A stretch of 40,187 bases of DNA from Octopus sinensis. Taxonomy: Eukaryota. Below are positions 11,116 to 21,832 of this stretch, in pieces. The stretch is taken from positions 1-40,187 of the forward strand of contig NW_021835495.1 in the NCBI RefSeq assembly GCF_006345805.1, given 5' to 3'. The notes under the pieces are model-generated. The model saw only the letters and a program-made list of their open reading frames with translations. It did no database searches and had not been told where the DNA came from. The position numbers were made by a program, and so were the translations under genes. Numbering within the stretch: the stretch's first letter is position 1; every line of letters starts with the position of its first letter.

Positions 11116-12695
11116 GTTTGTATATTTCTGTATATTTAATCATATTACTGACAAACACATGGCCTGCAAATTAAGTCTAGTTATTAAGTGAAGTTATGGT
11201 TTGGGTTAGTGATTGATTTAAATAGCGAGTGTTAAGAGGTCTTTTCGTGAAATAATGTCAGAACAATCTTGTTTATTTCCCTGTCCGAAGAGAATAACAA
11301 GAAGCATTTATATCTATTCAACTTTTTTTTTTACAGTGGAGTTTAATAGTTGTACTTTAACTACACAACGCATATTAGAAATCAATGTCACATAAATGTG
11401 TGACTGAGTGTATGCACATGTGTGTGTGTATGTGAGTGTGTGTGTGTTGTATGCATATGTATGCATGTGCTATTATACACACACACACGTACATACACTC
11501 ATATTTATTTTACATTGATGGTGTAGGGAAGAGTTTAATCCGTTTATTTTAAGTATTTTTTTTCTTTAGCTTTTCCTTAAAACTCTTCCATGTTTAGTGT
11601 AGATGAACGACATTTCTAAATCCATCAGCATTTCCAGATTTTCACGGTCTTATCTTCTGAATGAAGTGCATGTTATTGGCGCTTAATTTTATTGCCGTGT
11701 TTTTGCCATAGGTTGCAAAGAACATGAGAATGCTGTTATTACTGATAATGTATTAATTGCTGGACCTAAAATCAAAGTAGTTATCACCTAAGTAATTTCA
11801 GCGGTCATTAGCGGTTCTTATTTAATATTAACGCACTATGCTGTGTAGCTTATTTTATATTATGCAATTAATATAGCTGCTATCTGAAATTTTATGAGAT
11901 TCTACTTAGAGTGGTATATTATCAACTATGCATTTTTTTTATCGAGTTTTCGTTCTTGTTTTCTATATCAATTCGCTATAATGACTTCATGTTGTAATTG
12001 CATGGGCAATCGATGAGAAGTTGTCGTACATGTATGACCAACGTAATATTGTGAGTAATGCAGTTAAGTAAACGGATGTTGATTTAATGAATATTAAATG
12101 TATCGATATTAAATATGGAAAAGTTAAGTAAAGGTTAAAATAAATATATTGACAATATTAACCTTTTGACTGTCCAAAACATTTTCATAAGCTTGCTATA
12201 AACGTCCCCATGCTTGTCTTCAGATTTTATGTAGCCTTGTTAATACGTTTCAAGTTACTATAGTGGTTGAAAAAATTAGAAATCTGTATTATATATGTTG
12301 TCTGGACGCCAAGGAAATATGTCCTGTGTATCAGATGTGATACACGAGACGAGCAAAAGATTAAAAGCATTAAATGCTAAACAAGTGATTGTTATTGCAG
12401 CAACTTTTAAATTGGTGATCGTTCGATAAATAAATGAAAAATTAAAAATGCCGAATGGAGGAGTGGTTAGTTTAGGGATATATATTGTTGTGTTGTTTGT
12501 TTGTCCATTTTTACATATTAGAGGATGTATAGGGTTAAGTTATAATTTTTTAGGACAGTTTTGTTTTTGGTTGGTGTATTTTTTATTTTAACATGGATTG
12601 GAAGTTGTCCTGTAGAATACCCATATGAGATAATTGGTCGAATTTTTAGGGTTTTATACTTTACTTGTTTTTTAATTCGGCCTATTTAAGATATT

Positions 12696-13110
12696 AAACA
12701 TATAATTATTAAACATGTGAATGCTAAATAGTCGAATGTTAAACATTTGAATGCTAAATAAATGAATGCTAAGTACAGAAATGTTAAAATTATAAATGCG
12801 TGCATGTCAAATATGTGAATGTTTAATATGAGAATGCTAGATACGAGTGCGTTCAATATACCTATATTAATTATTCTAATCATTAATAACTGAACGTTAA
12901 CTAATAGAGTTGAATATGTGAATGTTAAGCTTGTGAATACTAAGAAATATGAATCTATTTGAGAATGCTAAATCTAAGTATGGGAATGCTAAATACGGGA
13001 AGCTTAAGTACGTGTATTGTTAAATATGGGATTGTTAAGTGTGTGAATGTTAGGTGTTTCAAAGTTAAATATTGCTGCTAAATAGATGAATATTAAATGT
13101 GAATATTAAA
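12696..13110. repeat. Degenerate 15-bp minisatellite (consensus about AAATATGTGAATGYT), about 27 units
   Basis: Units such as AAACATGTGAATGCT, AAATAGTCGAATGTT, AAACATTTGAATGCT, AAGTATGGGAATGCT, AAGTGTGTGAATGTT. Confidence 0.8.
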
Positions 13111-13170
13111 CTGCGTCAACATGAACCTTCTTGCGACAACGTAGCCTTTAATCTAATCAAGATATCCTTG

Positions 13171-13584
13171 GGATCTTTTCGGTTTGACCGACAGTTTTTT
13201 AAAATAATTTCCACGTAACTAAACACTTTTAAACTTCGTATACTTGGTAGAATGTGTTTATAAAATATCTTTTTCTCTTGGCTTTATTGAGAAAATTCTA
13301 TGGTTTGTAAGATATTTGTTTGTTTTTTTTCTTCAAATTTCTGCAATTTCAACCAATCAATGACGTCTATTGAGGTGAAAACATTCTCTGCCGTATGAAA
13401 ATGTCCCTCGTTTAAGAAACAGATTGGGTTTATGAACATTTCTGAAGAAAAAAAAGATACCCTCCCCCCACCCCTAACCCTAAAACAAATTGAAATGCAA
13501 TAGATCAATACTAGGGTCATAATTATGGGTGACAATTTCATATGACACCGCTAGAAAAAACTGCCGTTCAAACCGAAAAGATCC
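13171..13584. mobile_element. 414-bp non-autonomous TIR element (MITE) with an internal CCCTAACCCTAA
   Basis: 30-bp TIR: GGATCTTTTCGGTTTGACCGACAGTTTTTT versus reverse complement of the right end GGATCTTTTCGGTTTGAACGGCAGTTTTTT (2 mismatches). No clear TSD. Confidence 0.85.
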
Positions 13585-13589
13585 TATCT

Positions 13590-13805
13590 TTGTTCCTGAA
13601 GAGGAGCCGGCGGTATACACCACGCTGGGATTTTACCACTTCTGAGGTTCCGTTCGCTGTGAAACATGTAATCCGGAATTTTCCTACTCCATTCCGTAAC
13701 TCTTGTATTCTTTTTCACACACGTGGCAACCCTGGTTGCCTACCGTGGAATATAAAATAATCCGCAACCTTCTGTCTCAATAAAACACTATTGTCCCTGA
13801 AAGTT
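13590..13805 (+). mobile_element. Probable Penelope-like terminal repeat fragment with a decayed hammerhead core
   Basis: CTGAAGA at 13596 and GAAAC at 13661, with partly complementary sequence between. The assignment is by motif resemblance only. Confidence 0.35.
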
Positions 13806-13884
13806 GATTTTTATATTTACTGCAGATTGCGCGAAGTTAACTTTCTACATCTCGATCCCGGGATCATTCACACACACACACACA

Positions 13885-14385
13885 CACAAGAACAACAACG
13901 AATTAGAGTGGGAGGAGACTAAATGCTGTTCTTCGACCTTTTAGAAATGACAACTAAATTTCCCTCAAATTGCATACTCTGGTGTCGCAAAGTAAGGAAA
14001 CTGACTTCAGCTAATGCACGACGAGATGTTAGTAGTTGGAGCGCCTTTGATCTTAAGTCTGATCGATAACGAACCTGCGGTTAAACAACCACAACATCAG
14101 CGAGCCAGTGTGAGAGAACGGCAATTGTATGTGGTCTCTTGACCAACTAGAAATGGCAGAGATATTTCCCTCAACACATACTGGTAACGCAAAAAAGGAA
14201 GAACGCATCGGTTAATCTAAGTTTGGATGTTGGCATTTAGACTGCTTCAGATCAGAGCATTTCGATGAGAACTGACCCGGGGCTAAACTACAACATTATC
14301 AGAGAACCAGAGAGCGAAGAAAAGACACTGCATGTAGTTTCTCGATCTGCTAGAACAACAGCTAAATTTCCCTCAAATTACACAT
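13885..14385 (+). repeat. Three head-to-tail old copies of family E (about 205-bp spacing)
   Basis: TTTCCCTCAA at ~13958, ~14166 and ~14367; TAAACAACCACAAC and GGGGCTAAACTACAAC ends at ~14085 and ~14285. Confidence 0.65.
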
Positions 14386-14975
14386 ACTCCTTTCTACTAT
14401 AGGCACAAGACCTGAAATTTGGGGGTGGGGACAAGTCGATTACATTGACCTCAGTACTTGACTGGTACTTATTTCATCAAGCCAAAAAGATGAAAGGCAA
14501 AGTCGACCTCAGCGGAATTTGAACTCAGAACGTAGCGGCAAACGAAATACCTATTTCTTTACTACCCACAAGGGACTAAACACAGAGAGGACAAACAAGG
14601 ATAGACAAACGGCCTGAAATTTGGGGAGGGGACAATTCAATTATATCGACCCCGGTGCGAAACTGGTACTTATTTAATCGACCCCGAAAGGATGAAAGGC
14701 AAAGTCGACCTCGGCGGAATTTGAACTCAGAACGTAGCGGCAGCCGAAATACCTATTTCTTTACTACCCACAAGGGGCTAAACATAGAGAGGACAAACAA
14801 GGACAGACAAAGGGATTAAGTCGATTACATCGACCCCAGTGCGTAACTGGTACTTATTTAATCGACCCCGAAAGGATGAAAGGCAAAGTCGACCTCGGCA
14901 GAATTTGAACTCAGAACGTAGCTGCAGCCGAAATACCGCTAAGCATTTCGCCCGGCGCGCTAACAATTTTGCCTT
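14385..14975 (-). mobile_element. SINE family B head-to-tail trimer
   Basis: Three copies of GGATGAAAGGCAAAGTCGACCTC...GAACTCAGAACGTAGC, joined at GAAATACC|TATTTCTTTACTACCCACAAG (14551/14552 and 14753/14754). Confidence 0.9.
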
Positions 14976-15026
14976 CTCACATCATACGTACTCCGTCTTC
15001 AAGAAGCAAACACACATCAGCTGATT

Positions 15027-16309
15027 CAAGGGTTCTCAAACATTTTCTTATCTATGGACCCCTTCTATTTTATTCTGTTGCCCCCCCCCCCACCTAGCCA
15101 TTTGATGTTTCAAAAATACTTCTATTGAAACTTCCTTCAAAATTCCTATTTTGTTTTCTACACATTAACTTGTGTAGGTTGAACAATGTAAAATGTTAGA
15201 GAAAGAAACCCAGCTGTATCTTGCAATATATACCAATGCATACGTCTAAAACAAGATTTTTTTCAGGGTCCTTTAAACATGCTATTGTGGATGCCCAATT
15301 TACTATGTTGCTTGCTCAGAAACCCCTTTGATTACTATTCTATTCTGGTGGACCCCCATAACCATTTAATGTCTAAAAACTAGTTTTATAGAAACCTCTT
15401 TCAAAATTCCTATTTTGCTTTCCACACTTGTGTCGTTTGAACGATGTAAAATGTTAAAGAAACCCAGCTGTTTCTTGCAATACACACCAATACATACATC
15501 CAAAGAAGGGGTTTCCAATCCTTTTTTTATCCATGGATCCCTTTGATTCCTATTTTATTCTGGTGGGCTCCCATAGCAATTCGATATTTAAAAACAAGTT
15601 TCATAGAAACTTCTTTCAAAATTCCTATTTTGTTTTTCACACATTCACTTGGAATGTCGTAACAGAAGAGTCACAGCAAGGGACTTTAGTGGCGCCTGTA
15701 ACTTTTGGCTCGACATCGCCCTTACAGCACATTACAAAGCCGGTGCTGAGGACCGAGGTGTAGGTTGATCTACGTAAAATGCTAGAGAAAGATACCTAGT
15801 TGTTTCTTGCAATACATACCAGATCCCTAATTAGCTATTTTGTTGCATGGACCCCCAATAATCTTATATGGACCCCCCCCGTGGAGGCGCAATGGCCCAG
15901 TGGTTAGGGCAGCGGACTCACGGTCATAGGATCGCGGTTTCGATTCCCAGACCGAGCGTTGTGAGTGTTTATTGAGCGAAAACACCTAAAGCTCCACGAG
16001 GCTCCGGCAGGGGATGGTGGTGATCCCTGCTGTACTATTTCACCACAACTTTCTCTCACTCTTACTTCCTGTTTCTGTTGTACCTGTATTTCAAAAGGCC
16101 GGCCTTGTCACTCTGTGTCACGCTGAATATCCCCGAGAACTACGTTAAGGGTACACGTGTCTGTGGAGAGCTCAGTCACTTACACGTTAATTTCACGAGC
16201 AGGTTGTTCCGTTGATTCGGATCAACCGGAACCCTCGTCGTCGTGACCGACGGAGTGCTTTCATATATGGACCCCCAGGGGCCGTATGGACTCCGGTTGA
16301 GAATCACTA
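15027..16309. mobile_element. hAT-like non-autonomous element with three internal degenerate 215-265-bp units and nested insertions
   Basis: Ends CAAGGGTTCTCAAAC and (reverse complement) TAGTGATTCTCAACC resemble CAGTGGTTCTCAAC-type hAT TIRs. TTCAAAATTCCTATTTTG occurs at 15136, 15400 and 15615. The 8-bp flanks do not match. Confidence 0.6.
15881..16263 (+). mobile_element. Full-length tRNA-derived SINE, family D, with a 13-bp TSD
   Basis: A-box TGGCCCAGTGG (15893) and B-box GGTTTCGATTCC (15936); tail CCCTCGTCGTCGTGACCGACGGAGTGC; TATATGGACCCCC at 15865-15877 and 16264-16276. Confidence 0.9.
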
Positions 16310-16374
16310 GTCTCGATGAACATATTTGATCATCGGTCTGTCTGTTCGATAAGGAGTGATTTGGGATTATACAA

Positions 16375-16585
16375 CAGCAACGAACCCAAGTGGGAGCAAG
16401 ATGACTTCACCGGGCCTCTCGATCTGTTAAAAATAGCACCTAAAGTCACCACAAATCACACATACTTCCACCTTCAAGGAGTTAAGACAAGTCTGTTGTA
16501 CATTTGGATGTTCGCAGTTAGAACGCCTTTGATTAGAGAACCATCGCATGAGGACTGGCCTGGGCTAAACAACAACAACAACTGC
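16375..16585 (+). repeat. Family E dispersed repeat ending in (AAC)n
   Basis: GATCTGTTAAAAATAGCACCTAAAGTCACCACAAATCACAC ... GGCCTGGGCTAAACAACAACAAC. Confidence 0.65.
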
Positions 16586-17029
16586 TACTGCTACTGCAAC
16601 ATTCGTCTCGGGTTTTATATTTTTCATTTAAAAAATTTTTTTTTTGTTATTTTTATTTTTGCCGAATAGGTTAGTAAGGTAATTTGAAATGCGAAGTAAT
16701 AATCTTACGATCGATTTCCAGATAGCTCTTCTACCGAATCTTGGAGTAAAAAAAAAAAAGAAAAAAACCCCGCCGCCCCACCCCCACCACCTTCCATCCG
16801 CAACGCTGCCACCCAACGTTTATTAGAGAGAAAAAAAAAACAAACAAAAACAAACAACACAAACCCAACAACAAAACGAAAAAAATAAAGCAAACAAAAA
16901 AAAAGAAATAACAGTTAAAAATCAATTAAAAACATAGGTAAAAAACCCACCAAAACAAAACAAAACAAATGAGAAAATAATGTATTACACAGAAGTCAAC
17001 AAAAATAATTAATTAACTGCGAAGAAATG

Positions 17030-18360
17030 AGGATATGGAAGGGCAGTGGTGGGTGGGGGTGTATATGATGAGGGGGTGAGGACTGAGGAGCGGAAGGAGG
17101 AGGGTGAGGGTTGAAGGGCGGTGGGTGGTGGGGAAGGATGCATGCAAAATAGTGGTGGCGTGAGTAGCTTATAATAGTAGTAGCGGTGGTTGTGGTGACG
17201 AGGGGGTGGTAAGGTTTGGGCAGCAGCAGTAGTAGTAGCGGTGGTGGAGGTAGTAGTAGTAGTGATGTTGATAGAAGTGGTATTGGTGATGGTGTTAGTT
17301 GTGGTGGTGGTGGTGGTATAGTAGTATTGGTGTTAGTAGTTGTAGTGGTGGTGGTGCTGTAGTAGTATGGTAGTGGTACTAGTAGTAGTAATAGTAGTAA
17401 CAGCAGCAGTGGCGGTGGTAGTGGTGGTTTGGTGGAACTGGTAGAGATATGTAGTAGTAGTAGTAATAGTAGTGTTGGTGGTAGTGGTTGTAGTGGTGGT
17501 GATGGGGGTTGTAGTGGCAGGGGCGGTGGTGGAGTCGTGACAAAAGAAAGAGGATCTTTTGGAGAGGGAGGGAAGGGTGGGTGCGTTGTGGTGTGTTAAT
17601 GGTGACGGTGGAGGTGACGGTGGAGGTGACGGAGATGGTGACGATGATGGTGGTGGTCATAAGGATGATGATGAGGATAGCGATGACGTCATGATGATGA
17701 TGATGATGGCAATGATGTTGACGATGATGGTGATAGTGGTCATGATGATACTGATGATGACGATGGTGGTGGTGGTGGTATCAATGGTAGTGGTGAGAGT
17801 GTTGTTATTGGTGGTGGTGGAGGTGCTGGAGACATGTGATGTTACTGGTGCTAATTGTAGAAGCTGTAGTGGTGGTGGTGGTGGTTCTGACCCTAATGGT
17901 CGTGGTGTTGATGATGACGAGTGGTGGCGCTGGTGCTGCCACTGACGAGGGAAGGCTGTTGATGGTGTTTTGTAAAGAGGTGGTGGTGGTGTCGAGTGAC
18001 ATTCGGCTGATGGTGTTGGTGGCGATGGCGATACTGATCGTGGTGGTGGTTGTGGTAGCAGTGGTACTGATGGAGGAGGTGGTATAGGCTGAGACTCAGC
18101 TCATGGTGACGTTAGCGTTGGTGTAGGTGATGCTGGTGTTGATGATGATGATGATGGTGGTGGTGGTGGAGATGATGATGATGTCGATGGCGGAGATAAT
18201 AGTCGTAGTGGTGATGTTGGTGGTGATAGTGATGCTGATGCTGATGCTGCTGCTGATTGGTGGTGGTGATAATCATAACAACGATGGAGGTGATGCTGAC
18301 GATGATAATGATGATGATGATCACGAGATGCTGGTAGCAGCGGCGGCGGCGGCGGTTGTT
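17030..18360. repeat. (GGT)n/(GAT)n/(GTA)n low-complexity block
   Basis: Directly visible. Confidence 0.9.
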
Positions 18361-18914
18361 ATTTTTCGGCATTGATTTCTTCTACGCATGCGTGCGAATT
18401 GATGCGAGAGGTGTGATGACTAGTTTATTTGAAGTGGGTGAACGATAAGAAGAGTTGTGGAATCCAGCGTGAGATACAATCGCTCTGATAATTTGGCAGT
18501 TTTAGTTTTTCTTGGAGATTTCCAAGACCTGAAGTGCTGATATTAACTCGCTTGATCTCAATTGATCTGTTATCGGATCTAAAGAGGGAGTGATACGTTT
18601 CGTCCCCAAACTTCTGAAATATGCCCGCCTCGATAAATGATTAAAAAGGGTAAAAAAAAAAAAAGATAAAAAAAAAGATAAAAAAAAAAAAGTGAAAAAT
18701 AGAAAAAATAAGGAATAAAAAAAAAATTATGCTACACTGTTAAAATAGTGCAGCGAGTTTAAACAGATGGAAGTTTAGCAACATCTCCGATACCGCAATC
18801 CCGCCATACGCCAATTCCGACGCCGCCCCACTCCGCCCGGCTGTAATTGCACTTTATAATGATGTCTTCTATTCAAGTGGCTTGCAAACAAACCTATCTC
18901 TTGCTGCAATGCAA

Positions 18915-19920
18915 CCATACACACAAACACACACACACACACACATATATATATACATATATATATATATACACATATATATATACATATATATAGATAA
19001 ATATATACACACACACACATATATATATAGATATATATATATACACACACACACATATATATATAGATAATATATATACACACACACATATATATATAGA
19101 TATATATACACACACACATATATATATATACACACACACATATATATAGATATATACACACACATATATATATAGATATATATACACACACATATATATA
19201 TAGATATATATACACACACATATATATATATAGATATATATATACACACACACATATATATAGATATGTATACACACACACATATATATATAGATATATA
19301 TATACACACACATATATATAGATATATATACACACACACATATAAACACACACACATATATACACACACATACATATACACACACACACACACACAAACA
19401 CATATATACACACATACATATATACACACACACATATATACACACACATATATATACACACACACATATATACACACACACATATATACACACACACATA
19501 TATACACACACACATATATATACACACACATACATATACACACACATACATATATACACACATACATATATACACACATACATATATACACACATACATA
19601 CATATATATACACACATACATACATATATATACACACATACATACATATATATACACACATACATACATATATATACACACATACATACATATATATACA
19701 CACATACATACATATATATACACACATACATACATATATATACACACATACATACATATATATACACACATACATACATATATATACACACATACATACA
19801 TATATATACACACATACATACATATATATACACACATACATACATATATATACACACATACATACATATATATACACACATACATACATATATATATATA
19901 CATACACACACACACACATC
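18915..19920. repeat. ~1-kb alternating purine-pyrimidine array; 22-bp unit TACACACATACATACATATATA in the distal third
   Basis: The 22-aa periodicity (3 x 22 bp) in the track ORFs matches the DNA unit. Confidence 0.95.
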
Positions 19921-19978
19921 TTTGCATATGTACAGGCATACAAGTGTATGCAGATGCATGTCTATGCATACATGTTAA

Positions 19979-20290
19979 GGAGCACTCCGTCGGTTACGAC
20001 GACGAGGGTCCCAGCTGATCCGGATGAACGGAACAGCTTGCTCGTGAAATTAACGTGCAAGTGGCTGAGTACTCCACAGACATGTGTACCCGTAACGTGG
20101 TCCTCCGGGGAGATTCAGCGTGACAAAGCTGGTCCTTTGAAATACAGGTACTACGCATTTTTACCGACTGAGTGGTCTGGAGCAATGTGAAATAAAGTGT
20201 CTTGCTCAAGAACACAACCCATCGCCTGGAATTGAACTCACGACCTTAAGATAGCGAGCCGAATACCCTAATCACTAAGCTACGCACCTT
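19979..20290 (-). mobile_element. tRNA-derived SINE sharing the family D 3' half but with a different core
   Basis: GAGCACTCCGTCGGTTACGACGACGAGGG tail; minus strand reads GTGAGTTCAATTCC (B-box-like) and GTTGTGTTCTTGAGCAAGACACT. Confidence 0.8.
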
Positions 20291-20294
20291 AACT

Positions 20295-20528
20295 ATGCAT
20301 GTATATATGTATATGTGTGTGTTCCTGTGACTGGGTTTTGTCCACCGCTACGGCCTGACAACTTGTTGGTGTGTTTACGTCTCTGTAACCTAGCGGTTCG
20401 GCAAAAGTGTACAAAGTAAGTACAAGGCTTCAAACGGTAACCCCTTGGGTTGATTTGTTCGACTGAAAACCCTTCAAGGCGGTGCCCCAGCATGGCTGCA
20501 GTCGCATGACAGAAGCAAGTGAAAGATA
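20295..20528 (+). mobile_element. SINE family A 3' half
   Basis: GGTGTGTTTACGTC...TAGCGGTTCGGCAAAAG...GGCGGTGCCCCAGCATGGCTGCAGTC. Confidence 0.8.
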
Positions 20529-20668
20529 ATATATGTAAAGACAGAAAATGGAGAAATATCGATGGACAACTATTGACTTACATCAATTATTATTTATTAA
20601 TTGAATACAAATAGACTGCATTCCATCTAACCTTATACTGTCTGGTGATTTGGGTAAGACCTTAGGTC

Positions 20669-21095
20669 GACCACATACTTCCTGAGTGAAATTCTCTTGA
20701 CGGAAACTGTATAGAAGCGCGCCTGGTGGATTGTACTGTGTCACGTTGATTTTACTCGAGATGGATACAACTCAAAGTCTTACTGAAGAGCCTTGGGGTC
20801 AACCCTCGATACCTGGGAAACACAAGTACAAGACTGTCCTACTTGACGAAGCTGCACCAGAAGAGGTTCCATCTTCTGTAAACAGAAGAGGGTTGCAGAG
20901 GCACAAAGAAAACGCGAACTGTGCTAAAACCAACACCTTGCCATAAGTCTCTGCAGAGCACCGGAGCCTCACCTGTGGTAGAACCTTCCGAGCACACGTC
21001 GGACTGATTGACCACAGCTGGACATATCGTGCCCCGTATTCGACTCCCATGGCATGTCTTGGTCAAATTCGACAGCGATGTACGAACTAATAATA
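20669..21095 (+). mobile_element. RTE-clade LINE 3' remnant (frameshifted, with stops)
   Basis: Translates in pieces to LKVLLKSLGV, (D)TWETQVQD, KRVAEAQRKREL and TCGRTFRAHVGLIDHS, matching the RTE ORF C-terminus (LKxSLK...TWE...DR; CxRxFxARIGLxSH). Confidence 0.8.
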
Positions 21096-21104
21096 CATGA
21101 GAAT

Positions 21105-21222
21105 TTCGTTAACGGCACACACATCTGCGGAATATTCAGCCACTTACACGTTCGTTCAACGAGAAAGTGATTCAACCGATCGAACAACTGAATCCTCATC
21201 GTCGAAACTGACGGAGATCCGC
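21105..21222 (+). mobile_element. Family D SINE tail fragment
   Basis: TTCAGCCACTTACACGTT...TCCTCATCGTCGAAACTGACGGAG. Confidence 0.7.
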
Positions 21223-21350
21223 ACTTTCAAGACATAGTTATATACATATTTGCATACATACATTATATTCATGCATACATGTATTCATACATGATGGTGG
21301 CTGTCGTCTCGTTAAACGCTAGTGATCATGGCTAACTAAATAAAGTGTTA

Positions 21351-21498
21351 GGACAACGGGTCTTTGAATCCCGCCAGTAATTTACAGAATTTGTTGCGGA
21401 TTCGAATATTCTCAGAAATTCTGACTTCTTGGTTATTTTGGATCATTCGGACGATTTTCTCTATGCACCCTCATGGTCTAGATAAACCCGAGTGATTT
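21351..21498. repeat. ~150-bp dispersed repeat (family F), copy 1, next to a TA-rich tract
   Basis: GGACAACGGGTCTTTGAATCC...GAATATTCTC...CTGACTTCTTGG, repeated at 22381-22530 (roughly 85% identical by eye). Confidence 0.85.
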
Positions 21499-21629
21499 AC
21501 ACACACATTATATACATATATATAGGAGAATCTTGCTCCAGAACACAACACTCAGTCCGATCCGGGATTTGAACTCACAACCTCACAATCGTAATCTCGA
21601 CGCCCTAACCACCGAGCCATGCGCCCCCC

Positions 21630-21671
<42 letters not shown>

Positions 21672-21673
<2 letters not shown>

Positions 21674-21832
21674 ACGGGTCTCTTTCAGTTCCTGTCTACC
21701 AAACCCACTCATATGGCTTTGGTCGGCCTGAAGCTATAGTAGAAGATACTTGCTGAAGATGCCACGCAATGGGTGCGAACCCTGAACCATGTGGTTGGAA
21801 AGCAAGCTTTTTACCAGATAGCCATACCTGTA
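21672..21832 (-). mobile_element. SINE family A head and core
   Basis: GCTATAGTAGAAGATACTTGC...GAACCATGTGGTTGGAAAGCAAGC. Confidence 0.8.

Noticed and set aside
14385-14975. Repeat-spacer pattern as a CRISPR-like array
   Set aside because: The units are whole ~180-bp SINE bodies with no unique spacers, in a eukaryotic context; the 14-bp and 15-bp arrays also lack spacers.
15881-15960. tRNA-like sequence with A and B boxes
   Set aside because: It is a SINE head: no complete acceptor stem, and it continues into a multi-copy body. No true tRNA or rRNA gene was found.
18425-18640. 71-codon open frame on the minus strand after a long T-tract (SFIEAGIFQKFGDETYHSLF...)
   Set aside because: No start codon, no recognisable domain and no convincing donor; this length is expected occasionally by chance.
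18775-20018. ORFs of 250-394 aa (CVYI / HTHIY repeats)
   Set aside because: They are translations of a CA/TA array, which lacks stop codons in several frames on both strands. The same applies to the ORFs at 5661-8236, 23811-25805 and 34043-34827.
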